Assembly: GCA_964542765.1 (NCBI GenBank)
Contig: CAZIVO010000003.1
Location: 11,381 to 75,380 of the forward strand
Direction: 5' to 3'
Length of the DNA stretch: 64,000 nt
From: an uncultured candidatus Brocadiaceae bacterium
Lineage (GTDB): Bacteria > Planctomycetota > UBA1135 > UBA2386
The position numbers and the translations under genes are program-made. The notes beneath the pieces are model-generated. The model was not told where the DNA came from. It did not search any database and saw only the letters and a program-made list of their open reading frames with translations. This document shows, piece after piece, positions 34,776 through 42,734 of this stretch. Within the stretch, counting starts at the first letter, position 1; each line of letters opens with the position of its first letter.

Positions 34776-37442
34776 TTACCTGCCCCGCAGGAGAAGTTCC
34801 GAATACTGATCGGGGACGATTTTTGGCTCGGTTTCCTGGCCGATGATGATCGTCGCGCGGATCAGGATGAGGATCTTCATGTTCTGCACGTAGTTCCCCT
34901 TGCGGCTGAACAGGAAAGAGAGCCCTGGAAGATCGCCCAGAATGGGGATCTTGGAGTTCATCTGCTGCTTTTCTGCCAGTTTCATGCCACCGAGCATCAA
35001 GGTGCCGCCATCGGGCATGGTGACGGTTGTTCGGACCCGTTGCAGGGTTACTCGAGGAAGCTGGATCTGAACCGGCTGTCCGACGCCAAGCGTCGTGACG
35101 AAGTTCGGGATGGGCTTCTCAAGGGTCATGACCGTCGGTCGCAACTCCATGGTGATGAACTTGCGGTCAGCCGAGACCACGGGTCGCACATCCAGAACAA
35201 CGCCGTCACGGACGACATCGACCACCGGGTTTGCAACCGATGCGGCTTGGGCGATCTCGACCTCGAAATCGCGGATGTAGGAGGTGTGCTGCAACACCGA
35301 CATATTGGCGCGGGTGTTGTTGTAGACGATCAGCCGTGGCGCAGTGATCTCCTGGCGACGCTCTTGTTTTGAGACGGCGCGCAAGATGACTTCGAGTTCG
35401 GTGTCGTCCAAGAAGGTGTACTGAAGTGCCAGCCCGCCACTGTTCTGCAGGCGCCCTTCGCCGCCCAAGGTGCGGTCGAAGAGGTTCTCGGTGCGGGCCA
35501 TGATGTCGCCATCACCTCCGTCATCGAAGAATATGCCGGGCTCCGTGCCGGTGCCGGGTGCGCCGGGTGTTGCGGGATTGATCAGCTCGCGGCGACCGAA
35601 ATCGTCAAAGCCAGCGTTCTGGCGATTGTTCCTCTCGAGTCCGCGTCCGGGTGTGCCTTCCGGCGCTTGATTGCCCAGTCCCCGGAAGTCGACGCCGACA
35701 TCTTCGAGGAAGCTGTCTTCAACCTTCAGGAAGCGGGTTTCAATATCGACCTGGATACCGACGGCCTGACGAAGGTCGCTGAGCAGGTCGCTGATCTTGC
35801 CGTGGACTGTCTTGTTATGGCGGATCAGGAGCACGCCACGTTGCTCCGTGAGATTGGCTTCGCCAGCATCCCACGAGTCAGGGTCGATGTTGGCGCGGAT
35901 GATATCTGTCAACTTGCTGGCATCCACGACGGTGGGCCTGGGCTCCTCGTCCTCCTCCTCGAAATACTCTTCTTCATCGCCAGGGGCCTTCAGTTTGAGT
36001 TCGCGCCCTGGCTTGTCGGAGACGCCTTGCACGAGATCCCGGACCTCATACTGGACCAGATACATTTTGCCGCCGGCGTTTTCGGGGGTGACCAGATGGA
36101 CCACGCCATTTCCGATCTTCCAGCGGATGCCGGTCAAGTTGCCGATCACGTCGAGTGCGCGTTCCACTGACATGGGCGGCAGGTTGAAGTCGGTGAGGGT
36201 CGTGGTATCCGTGTCGAGTTCCTTGACTTCGGCGGAGACGATGAAGTTGACCTCGGTAACCTTGGCGTAGTGCTGTGCCCAGTCTTCCACCGCTGCTTCC
36301 GCGACGCGGTGCTCCAGCGATGTGGCGCGTAGTTTCCCGACGATGGCCTTTTCTTCAGGCGACTCGAGTTCGTCATCCGGGGTGAACTGCAGAGGTTTGC
36401 GCTCGCGCACGATGGCCCATCGTTCGAGGTCATACTGGATGACGTCGATCTGGGTGACGTCACCGGAGTTCAGATCGTCGAAGGTCTTGGTCCACTCGGC
36501 CTTCCAATCCTGGCGGAGGACGTCGAGATTGGTCTCGTGACGCGCTCGCTCGGCGAGTTTGCGTAGAGCCTTGGCATGGGTGTTGGCGGAGTCGAAGGCG
36601 AGGGCCTCATCGATCAGATTGATGGATTTTGCGTAGTTGCCGATCTGGAAGTCGAAGTTCGCCTGCTCCAGCAAGAGTTTTGCCTTTTGGTCCCGAGCGA
36701 TGCGCATCGCCCTTTCCTTCTCGGCGAGTTCGGCTTGTGAGGCAGCGATACGAGCCTTCTCGGCATAGGCATCGGCCTTGACCTTGCCCATCTCGGCCGA
36801 GCGCATGGTGGCTTCGATCTGTCCCTCGAGATCCGTCCCTGGTTGGTAGAAGGGTGAGTAGCGCAGGATGAGAAGAGAGCGCCGGAGAGCTTCGATAGCG
36901 TCTCCAAAACGTCCGGCTTCGATGTGGGCATTACCGACAGCGAGTTCCCTGCGGGCACGGAAGCGCGTCTGCTGGCTGGCGACCTGGGATTCCTGGACCT
37001 TGTCGGAGAAGGTTTTCTCAACGCTCGGCTTTTCGAGTCCGAGAGCATCGCGGGCGGTCAACAGGATGTTGCGTGCATCCTTGTTGGTCGAGTCGATCTC
37101 CAGCACTTCGGAGGCGATGCGGGCGGCGTCTGACCAGAGTCGCAACTCCATCGATTTGCGCGCCTCTTCGATCGAGCGACGGATGATGAAGCCTCTCTGC
37201 TGTCGGCCGACGGTCGGTCCGGGGTCTTGGGCTGTGCTCGATGGCTCGGCTGCTTCTTTTTCGCTCGTAGCTACGGGCGTGGCACCGGAGTCATCGGGCG
37301 TGGCACCGGAGTCATCGGGCGTGGTGACTACGTCATCGGGCGCGGCAGCTGCGTCATCGGCCGGTGGTGTACCGGAGCACGAGTTGAGGCTGAGCCATGC
37401 GAGTGCAAGAACGCCTGAGCGAAACAAGAGGGCAAACTTCAT
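34776..37442 (-). CDS. Secretin-family outer-membrane channel (paralogue 2) with an N-terminal TPR-like helical region
   Basis: Signal peptide with Cys (WLSLNSC). An acidic PDDxxxT repeat follows, then a helical region and an N0-like domain (MSVERALDVIGNLTGIRWKIGNGVVHLVT). The secretin domain reads VVLDVRPVVSADRKFITMELRP...MPDGGTLMLGGM...SKIPILGDLPGLSFLFS...ILILIRATI. Confidence 0.85.
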   Translation of the reverse strand: MKFALLFRSGVLALAWLSLNSCSGTPPADDAAAAPDDVVTTPDDSGATPDDSGATPVATSEKEAAEPSSTAQDPGPTVGRQQRGFIIRRSIEEARKSMELRLWSDAARIASEVLEIDSTNKDARNILLTARDALGLEKPSVEKTFSDKVQESQVASQQTRFRARRELAVGNAHIEAGRFGDAIEALRRSLLILRYSPFYQPGTDLEGQIEATMRSAEMGKVKADAYAEKARIAASQAELAEKERAMRIARDQKAKLLLEQANFDFQIGNYAKSINLIDEALAFDSANTHAKALRKLAERARHETNLDVLRQDWKAEWTKTFDDLNSGDVTQIDVIQYDLERWAIVRERKPLQFTPDDELESPEEKAIVGKLRATSLEHRVAEAAVEDWAQHYAKVTEVNFIVSAEVKELDTDTTTLTDFNLPPMSVERALDVIGNLTGIRWKIGNGVVHLVTPENAGGKMYLVQYEVRDLVQGVSDKPGRELKLKAPGDEEEYFEEEDEEPRPTVVDASKLTDIIRANIDPDSWDAGEANLTEQRGVLLIRHNKTVHGKISDLLSDLRQAVGIQVDIETRFLKVEDSFLEDVGVDFRGLGNQAPEGTPGRGLERNNRQNAGFDDFGRRELINPATPGAPGTGTEPGIFFDDGGDGDIMARTENLFDRTLGGEGRLQNSGGLALQYTFLDDTELEVILRAVSKQERRQEITAPRLIVYNNTRANMSVLQHTSYIRDFEVEIAQAASVANPVVDVVRDGVVLDVRPVVSADRKFITMELRPTVMTLEKPIPNFVTTLGVGQPVQIQLPRVTLQRVRTTVTMPDGGTLMLGGMKLAEKQQMNSKIPILGDLPGLSFLFSRKGNYVQNMKILILIRATIIIGQETEPKIVPDQYSELLLRGR
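37275..37358 (-). repeat. 21-bp in-frame tandem repeat x4 (two exact copies) encoding PDD(S/V/A)xxT units after the secretin-2 signal peptide
   Basis: gggcgtggcaccggagtcatc at 37275 and 37296 (exact), with degenerate copies at 37317 and 37338. Confidence 0.9.
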
Positions 37443-37599
37443 GCTGCTTTCCTGAAAGATGGGGTCAGGAGCGGAAATCTTAGGGCGAGCGTCTGTATAT
37501 GAGAGGGGTCTTTGCCGGGACGATGAGCCGCAGCCCGGATCCCGGAAAAGGGCCTACAAAAGTTACTGGCCATGCGACGATCGGTCAAGGGAGCCTGCC

Positions 37600-38379
37600 C
37601 TAAGGTCTTTTTCTGACCGGGATTTCCGGCAAGCCGAGTCGTCGGTTGACCCGTTTGATGTCCTCCCAGGTATCAGCCTTCGCGGAGGGCTGCCGGAGCA
37701 GATAAGCCGGATGCCAGGTCGCGACCACGGTAATCCCGTTGATTTCGAGGTCTTGGCCACGCAGGCGGCGCATCGGCAGGGTCGTGGAAAGGAGGTTTTG
37801 TGCCGCCACCCGGCCCAGCGTGACGATGACTTCTGGCTCGATGATCTCGATTTGCCGGCGCAGGAAGGGCAGGCAAGCGCCCACCTCATCGGGCTGTGGG
37901 TCACGATTGCCCGGAGGCCGGCACTTGTTGACGTTGGCGATGAAGACTTCGGGGCGTGAAAGGCCCATGGCATTTTCGATGATTTTGTCCAGGAGTTGGC
38001 CCGCAGGCCCCACGAAAGGGCGTCCCTGCCGGTCTTCCTGCTGGCCAGGAGCTTCGCCGATGAACATGACCCGGGCATTTGCCGAGCCTTCACCGAAAAC
38101 CAGTTGCTGGCGGTTTTCGTGCAATCGGCACCGGATACAAGGGCCGATTTCCTCCCGGAGGGCATCGAGAGCCTCCTGTCGTGAAGAGGCCGGGTCGAGC
38201 ACTGGGTTCACCGCTTCCGTCTTGCCGGGCACGCCGAGGGGAAAGTCACCCCCGTAACAGGCGGCGGCATGGCGGAGGTGCAAGATGAGGGATGTGCACG
38301 TGTCGGGCATGGCGGCTTGAGTATGACGTGAGAGGGCATCAGATTCAGGTCCGAACAGATTTATGATCCGCGTCTCCAT
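37600..38379 (-). CDS. Uracil-DNA glycosylase, family 4 (Fe-S type)
   Basis: CIRCRL...GEGSANARVMFIGEAPGQQEDRQGRPFVGPAGQLL...NVNKCRPPGNRDP. The likely start is ATG 38379 (METRIINLF). The longer ORF extending to 38550 would collide with the divergent gene. Confidence 0.85.
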   Translation of the reverse strand: METRIINLFGPESDALSRHTQAAMPDTCTSLILHLRHAAACYGGDFPLGVPGKTEAVNPVLDPASSRQEALDALREEIGPCIRCRLHENRQQLVFGEGSANARVMFIGEAPGQQEDRQGRPFVGPAGQLLDKIIENAMGLSRPEVFIANVNKCRPPGNRDPQPDEVGACLPFLRRQIEIIEPEVIVTLGRVAAQNLLSTTLPMRRLRGQDLEINGITVVATWHPAYLLRQPSAKADTWEDIKRVNRRLGLPEIPVRKRP

Positions 38380-38497
38380 GGGCGAGTTTCGTGGCCGGGC
38401 GGTCCCTTCGCGGGACTCATGGGTGGGTGATGGAATTCGTCCACGAAGACGCTTGCCGTAGCGGTGGGCTGTCGGCGTTATCATCCTTTGCGTCCGA

Positions 38498-41368
38498 ATG
38501 AAGCAGACACAGAGATTGTTGGTGGGGTGGAGATCGTTGCTGGCGCTCACCGTGCTGGCGGCTCTGGTCTACCATGGTGTCACCGGGGCGAGTTTTCTCA
38601 ACCAGGACGACGTTCTGTTCTTCGGACCCGAGAACCCGCAAATGCGGGCGGCGATGGGTGGAGATCTCGGCGCCCTGCTCGATCCGCGCCGGACGATCGC
38701 CAATGCCTACCTTCCGGTCAGCCATCTGAGCCTGCTGGCGGATGTCTGGCTGATCGGTGACGGTGGCGCTGCGGTCTGGCCCCACCTCCACTCGCTTTTC
38801 CTGCATCTCGCGGCCGCTTTCATCTTGGCGCGGTTGCTCGGGCAGCTTGGCTTGACCCGTGCCAGCAGCACCGCGGCGGCGGCATTGTTCCTCGTGCACC
38901 CGGCCCTGGTGGAGTCGGTGGCCTGGATCGCCAGCCGTAAGGATCTGCTGTCGGGCCTGTTTTCTTTCCTGTGTCTTTCGGCCGTTGCAAGGCATGCGCT
39001 GGTGCCGCGCCACCGAACCGTTGCCATGGCCATGATCTGGGCCGTCCTAGCCCTTTACTCGAAGGGCACGGCGGTTGTGCTCGCCCTGTTGGCACCGGTG
39101 GTGGTCTCCCTGGTGGCCGGCAGTCTCCGAGGGCGGTGGCGATTGTCGGCGTCGATCGCTTCGCTGGCTTTCCTCGCCGGCCTGCATCATTCCTGGGTCG
39201 CGGCCGGAGAGGGCACGCTGCAGACACTCGACTTCGCCACCCGCACCCTGCAGATCCCGGGTGCCTTCGCCCATTATCTGGGCACGATCGTCTGGCCGAC
39301 CGGGCTGAACATCCACTATCCCGAGGTCAAGACGCTCTCGATCTTCGTTGCCAACTGGCTGCTCGGCCTCGCCAGCTTCGGTCTACCGCTGCTCGGTCTC
39401 ATGCTTTGGCATCGTGGTCATCGGCAAGCCGGCGCAGGCATCATCATGGCTTGCCTGGCGCTTTTGCCCTTCAACACGGCCTACCCTGCTTCGGCGATTG
39501 CCGCCGCTGACCGTTATCTCTACCTCGTCGTGCCCTGGTTCGCGTTCGCGTTCGTGAGCATGTTCGGGTCGAGGAGTCGGATGGGGCTTTCGCTGGTCGT
39601 CATCGCGGTGCTGCCCATGGGCTGGTTGGCTCATTCCCGGGTGGCCGAGTTTCGTGACAGCCGTACCTTGTGGGCGAGCAGTCTTGCCACCGAACCGGAG
39701 AACGCGGTTGCTTGCTTGAACCTCGCCGAGGCGCTGCAACATACCGCCCCCGACCGCGCCTTCGAACTGGCCGCATCGGCGGTCAAGCACGCTCGCTATA
39801 TCGAGCACCGGCTTCGATCGGAACTCACCGTGAGCCGACTTGCACGGGCGAGGGGCAGTCTTGCAGAGGCAGCGGTGCATGCGGAGGTCGCTTGCACCGT
39901 GGCCGATGAGATTTTGGCACCCGAACCTCGCCGCGAAGCTTTCGTCCGGGCGGCGGTACACGCTGCGAATGTTGCGATCGCTGACGAAAAACCAGAGCCA
40001 GCGCAGGAGTATCTCGAGAAGGCTCTCGCACGCTACCCCGAGCACCCCCTGGTCCGTTCGCAACAGGCCCTGATGCTCTTGCGAGGGAGCATTCGGAAGG
40101 GGCTGGACCCAGAGGGCCACGTTGCTGATGACGCTGTGGCGGCGCGGGCGGAAGAGCTCTTGGAAGCAGCTCTCGGCGAGGACCCTGGCCATTTCTGGGC
40201 CCTGATCGTCAAGGCGCATTGGCAGGCAGCCCGCGGCCATTACCTGACGGCTCACAGGACCTTCAAGAAGGCGGCCGCGGCTGATCCACGCCGTCCGGAG
40301 CCCTGGGTTTCCCTGGCTGATTTGCTGCTGGCCACGGGTGAGCCGGCAGATGCCGAACAAGTGGTTCGCCAAGCGCTGGCAGGGGGTTTCAGCAAGGAAC
40401 CGGACTTGCAGGTCAGGCTCGCCTACGCTTTGCACGCCCAGGGTCGCCTCGATGATGCCCGCCGCTATTTCGAGGACTATCTGCGGCTGCGCCCCCAGGA
40501 TCTGGCGATCAAGAGAGTGCTGGCCGGAGTGCTCGTGGCCGACGCGACGCGAAGGCTGAATCAGCTGGCTCCCACTGAACTTGCGGAGCGCGTGCAGCGC
40601 GTCAGGGAACTGGACCCGCAAGATCCCAAGGGTGATCTTCTCGAGGGAGTCCTCGAGCGGCACCGGCGTCGCATGGACAGGGCTCTGGTGTTGCTGGAGA
40701 AGGCTTTCGCGGCCTTGCCCGAGGACAGGGACGCCCGCCGCTACCTCGCCGAGACCTGCCGCGACCGCGGTTACCAGCTGCTTTCCGCCGATGGGGTTCG
40801 CGAATCGGCGCTCGATCATTTTCGACGATTTGTCGATATCGCGCCGCCAGCGGTGCCCATAGCAGCAGCGGAGGGCATCTTGCGGACCCACTGGAAGAGG
40901 TGGAACGATCGGGGTATCGCGGCATTCAACATGGCGAAAGAGGTTTCTCGGAAGGCTCTGGGAGCCGGGATCTCTCCCGAGCGAGTGTCCTTGCAGCGTC
41001 GGGCGACCGAGCATCTCGGCGAGGCCGAAGCGGCGTTTCGGCGGTGCTTGTTCCTCTTGCCCACCGAGCCGGAGGCCGCGCGCCAGCTGGCGGTGGTTCT
41101 CATCGAAGGGGGAGGTAAGGATCGTCTGGAAGAGGCGCTGAGACATCTGGAGGCCGCTGAATCGGTCAATCGCAGGCTCGGGATGGATGTGGCCTCTTGC
41201 GTGCTCTATCAGGTGTGGGCACTGCGCGGGCTCGAGCGGGACCAAGAGGCTCTCAAGCGAGGTCGCCGCTATTTCGAATCCCCTCCGCCGGCTCCGGCAT
41301 CGGCCAAAGTTCTCGAGCGGCTGCGAGCACAACTCGCCGAGATTGAAGGCGGTCGCTCTAAACGATAA
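38498..41368 (+). CDS. TMTC/PMT_2-like polytopic membrane glycosyltransferase with a C-terminal TPR array
   Basis: About 10 TM segments. The DUF1736-like loop is LFLVHPALVESVAWIASRKDLLSGLF. A soluble half of about 550 aa carries repeated TPR-like units. Confidence 0.65.
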   Translation: MKQTQRLLVGWRSLLALTVLAALVYHGVTGASFLNQDDVLFFGPENPQMRAAMGGDLGALLDPRRTIANAYLPVSHLSLLADVWLIGDGGAAVWPHLHSLFLHLAAAFILARLLGQLGLTRASSTAAAALFLVHPALVESVAWIASRKDLLSGLFSFLCLSAVARHALVPRHRTVAMAMIWAVLALYSKGTAVVLALLAPVVVSLVAGSLRGRWRLSASIASLAFLAGLHHSWVAAGEGTLQTLDFATRTLQIPGAFAHYLGTIVWPTGLNIHYPEVKTLSIFVANWLLGLASFGLPLLGLMLWHRGHRQAGAGIIMACLALLPFNTAYPASAIAAADRYLYLVVPWFAFAFVSMFGSRSRMGLSLVVIAVLPMGWLAHSRVAEFRDSRTLWASSLATEPENAVACLNLAEALQHTAPDRAFELAASAVKHARYIEHRLRSELTVSRLARARGSLAEAAVHAEVACTVADEILAPEPRREAFVRAAVHAANVAIADEKPEPAQEYLEKALARYPEHPLVRSQQALMLLRGSIRKGLDPEGHVADDAVAARAEELLEAALGEDPGHFWALIVKAHWQAARGHYLTAHRTFKKAAAADPRRPEPWVSLADLLLATGEPADAEQVVRQALAGGFSKEPDLQVRLAYALHAQGRLDDARRYFEDYLRLRPQDLAIKRVLAGVLVADATRRLNQLAPTELAERVQRVRELDPQDPKGDLLEGVLERHRRRMDRALVLLEKAFAALPEDRDARRYLAETCRDRGYQLLSADGVRESALDHFRRFVDIAPPAVPIAAAEGILRTHWKRWNDRGIAAFNMAKEVSRKALGAGISPERVSLQRRATEHLGEAEAAFRRCLFLLPTEPEAARQLAVVLIEGGGKDRLEEALRHLEAAESVNRRLGMDVASCVLYQVWALRGLERDQEALKRGRRYFESPPPAPASAKVLERLRAQLAEIEGGRSKR

Positions 41369-41476
41369 GGTAAGACCCGAAATGCCGAAGCGGTCAGCAT
41401 CGGCGAGTTCAGGCGGTGGGTTACAACAGAGAATATGAGCCGCACCAGATCATGGTGTCGAGCTGGGAGGGATCGG

Positions 41477-42271
41477 ATGGCGAAGAAAGGTAAGGACCTC
41501 TTCGAGTTGCTTCGGGCACGGCAGGGTCGATCGGTGGGACGGAGCCCGCGACCAGCACCTCGGCAAAAAGCGCCTCCCAGCCCCCTCAGTCAGATTGCTG
41601 AGACGATGCGGAGCTGGGGATGGCGGGCGCTGGAGGCCATGAAACTCACCAAGAAGGCCGGTGGCAAGGTGGCTCGTTCCCGTCCGACCGGCAAGAGTCA
41701 AACAGGTAAGAATCGTCAAGCAGGCAAGGACCGTAAGGGTGTGCGAGAGGTGTCCGCATCCCCGGTGGTTTCGGGTCTTCAGCTCACGAGGATGGGCCTC
41801 GCAGCTCTCGTGCTGGTCTGTCTGGGCGCTGGATTCCTCGCCGGAAGTTGGCTTGCGCCAACCGAGGCGGCTGGTTCTGGAGAGGGCCTCATGGTCCGCC
41901 GGCCCTCCCTGGGCAGCTGGGTGCTGACGCCCGAGGAGCGGCAGGAAGAGGTAAAAACCCTCTCGAAGTATTTCTTTGTCCTGCTACAGTTCCCCGGCTC
42001 CGAACGGGACCGAGCCAGCAGATTGGCGCGTTTCCTGAGGAACCAAGGCATTGAGACCGCGCGGATCCACAACTTCACGGTGGAGAAAACGCGACAGTCG
42101 CGATGGGTGGTACTCGTTTACGTTCCGCAGCAGACCAAAGATAGCGCGGAACGCGAGGCACCTGCCGTGCTCGAAAAGCTCAAGGCCGTGTCACTGCCTA
42201 CGTTTGAACCTGGTTTTGCGAAGAGGCTCGCCGAGCTGTCGGCGGGCAACGATTTGATGCAACTACGCTGA
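41477..42271 (+). CDS. Bitopic membrane protein with a basic cytoplasmic tail and a possible SPOR-like periplasmic domain (FtsN-like architecture)
   Basis: ATG 41477 is preceded by gggagg. It has a K/R-rich N-terminus and one TM segment (LAALVLVCLGAGFLAGSWLA). The C-terminal stretch YFFVLLQFPGSERDRASRLARFLRNQGIETARIH...WVVLVYV resembles a SPOR fold pattern. The domain call is weak. Confidence 0.45.
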   Translation: MAKKGKDLFELLRARQGRSVGRSPRPAPRQKAPPSPLSQIAETMRSWGWRALEAMKLTKKAGGKVARSRPTGKSQTGKNRQAGKDRKGVREVSASPVVSGLQLTRMGLAALVLVCLGAGFLAGSWLAPTEAAGSGEGLMVRRPSLGSWVLTPEERQEEVKTLSKYFFVLLQFPGSERDRASRLARFLRNQGIETARIHNFTVEKTRQSRWVVLVYVPQQTKDSAEREAPAVLEKLKAVSLPTFEPGFAKRLAELSAGNDLMQLR

Positions 42272-42313
42272 CGCAATTACGCCGAGGCAATTGAACTACT
42301 GGACTGATCTGGA

Positions 42314-42577
42314 ATGTCGATTCATTCGAGCTTGAGGATTGCCGGCGCACTCAAAGGCCAGCGCAATGTCTGGACACGTGCGGAGAGGATTGCGGCTTTG
42401 CGGAACAATGGGCTCTGGGCCGATGGCGATTCCGTTCTCGGCTTGCCGAAGGTGCGCACGAGCTTCAAGGTGAAGACGAAGAAGCAGATGAAGGCCGCTG
42501 CTGCCGATGGTCCCTCCGCAGAGGCGGGTGAAGGCGGCGAGGCTCCTGTGGAAGCCGAGGGCACCCCCGGTTCATAG
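42314..42577 (+). CDS. Small basic protein (resembles the TIGR04137-type small basic protein family)
   Basis: 87 aa: MSIHSSLRIAGALKGQRNVWTRAERIAALRNNGLWADGDSVLGLPKVRT. The pattern HSSLK..G.L...RNV..R.ERI..L...G.W..GDS..GLPKV matches my recollection of that family, but I could not verify this. Confidence 0.5.
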   Translation: MSIHSSLRIAGALKGQRNVWTRAERIAALRNNGLWADGDSVLGLPKVRTSFKVKTKKQMKAAAADGPSAEAGEGGEAPVEAEGTPGS

Positions 42578-42734
42578 GGTCCGCAGCGGTGCTGGCGGCC
42601 GCATCTTGAACCTTCTGCTCACATGGTGAACTGCCAGGGTGCTGCTTGTGCTGTCGGCGTGTATCCGGGCCATTTCGGCGGTTTGAGCCTCCTGACCATC
42701 GGTCGGGTATCGTCCCCGGTGAGGATCTGCTACC

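Noticed and set aside
38380-38550. Upstream 57-codon extension of the UDG ORF
   Set aside because: It would overlap the start of the divergent TMTC-like gene. It adds a non-homologous R/T/P-rich N-terminus. The internal Met at 38379 gives a normal family-4 UDG length.
39383-41332. 649-aa minus-strand ORF
   Set aside because: It is antisense to the TPR half of the TMTC-like gene and is R/P/G/Q-rich without motifs.
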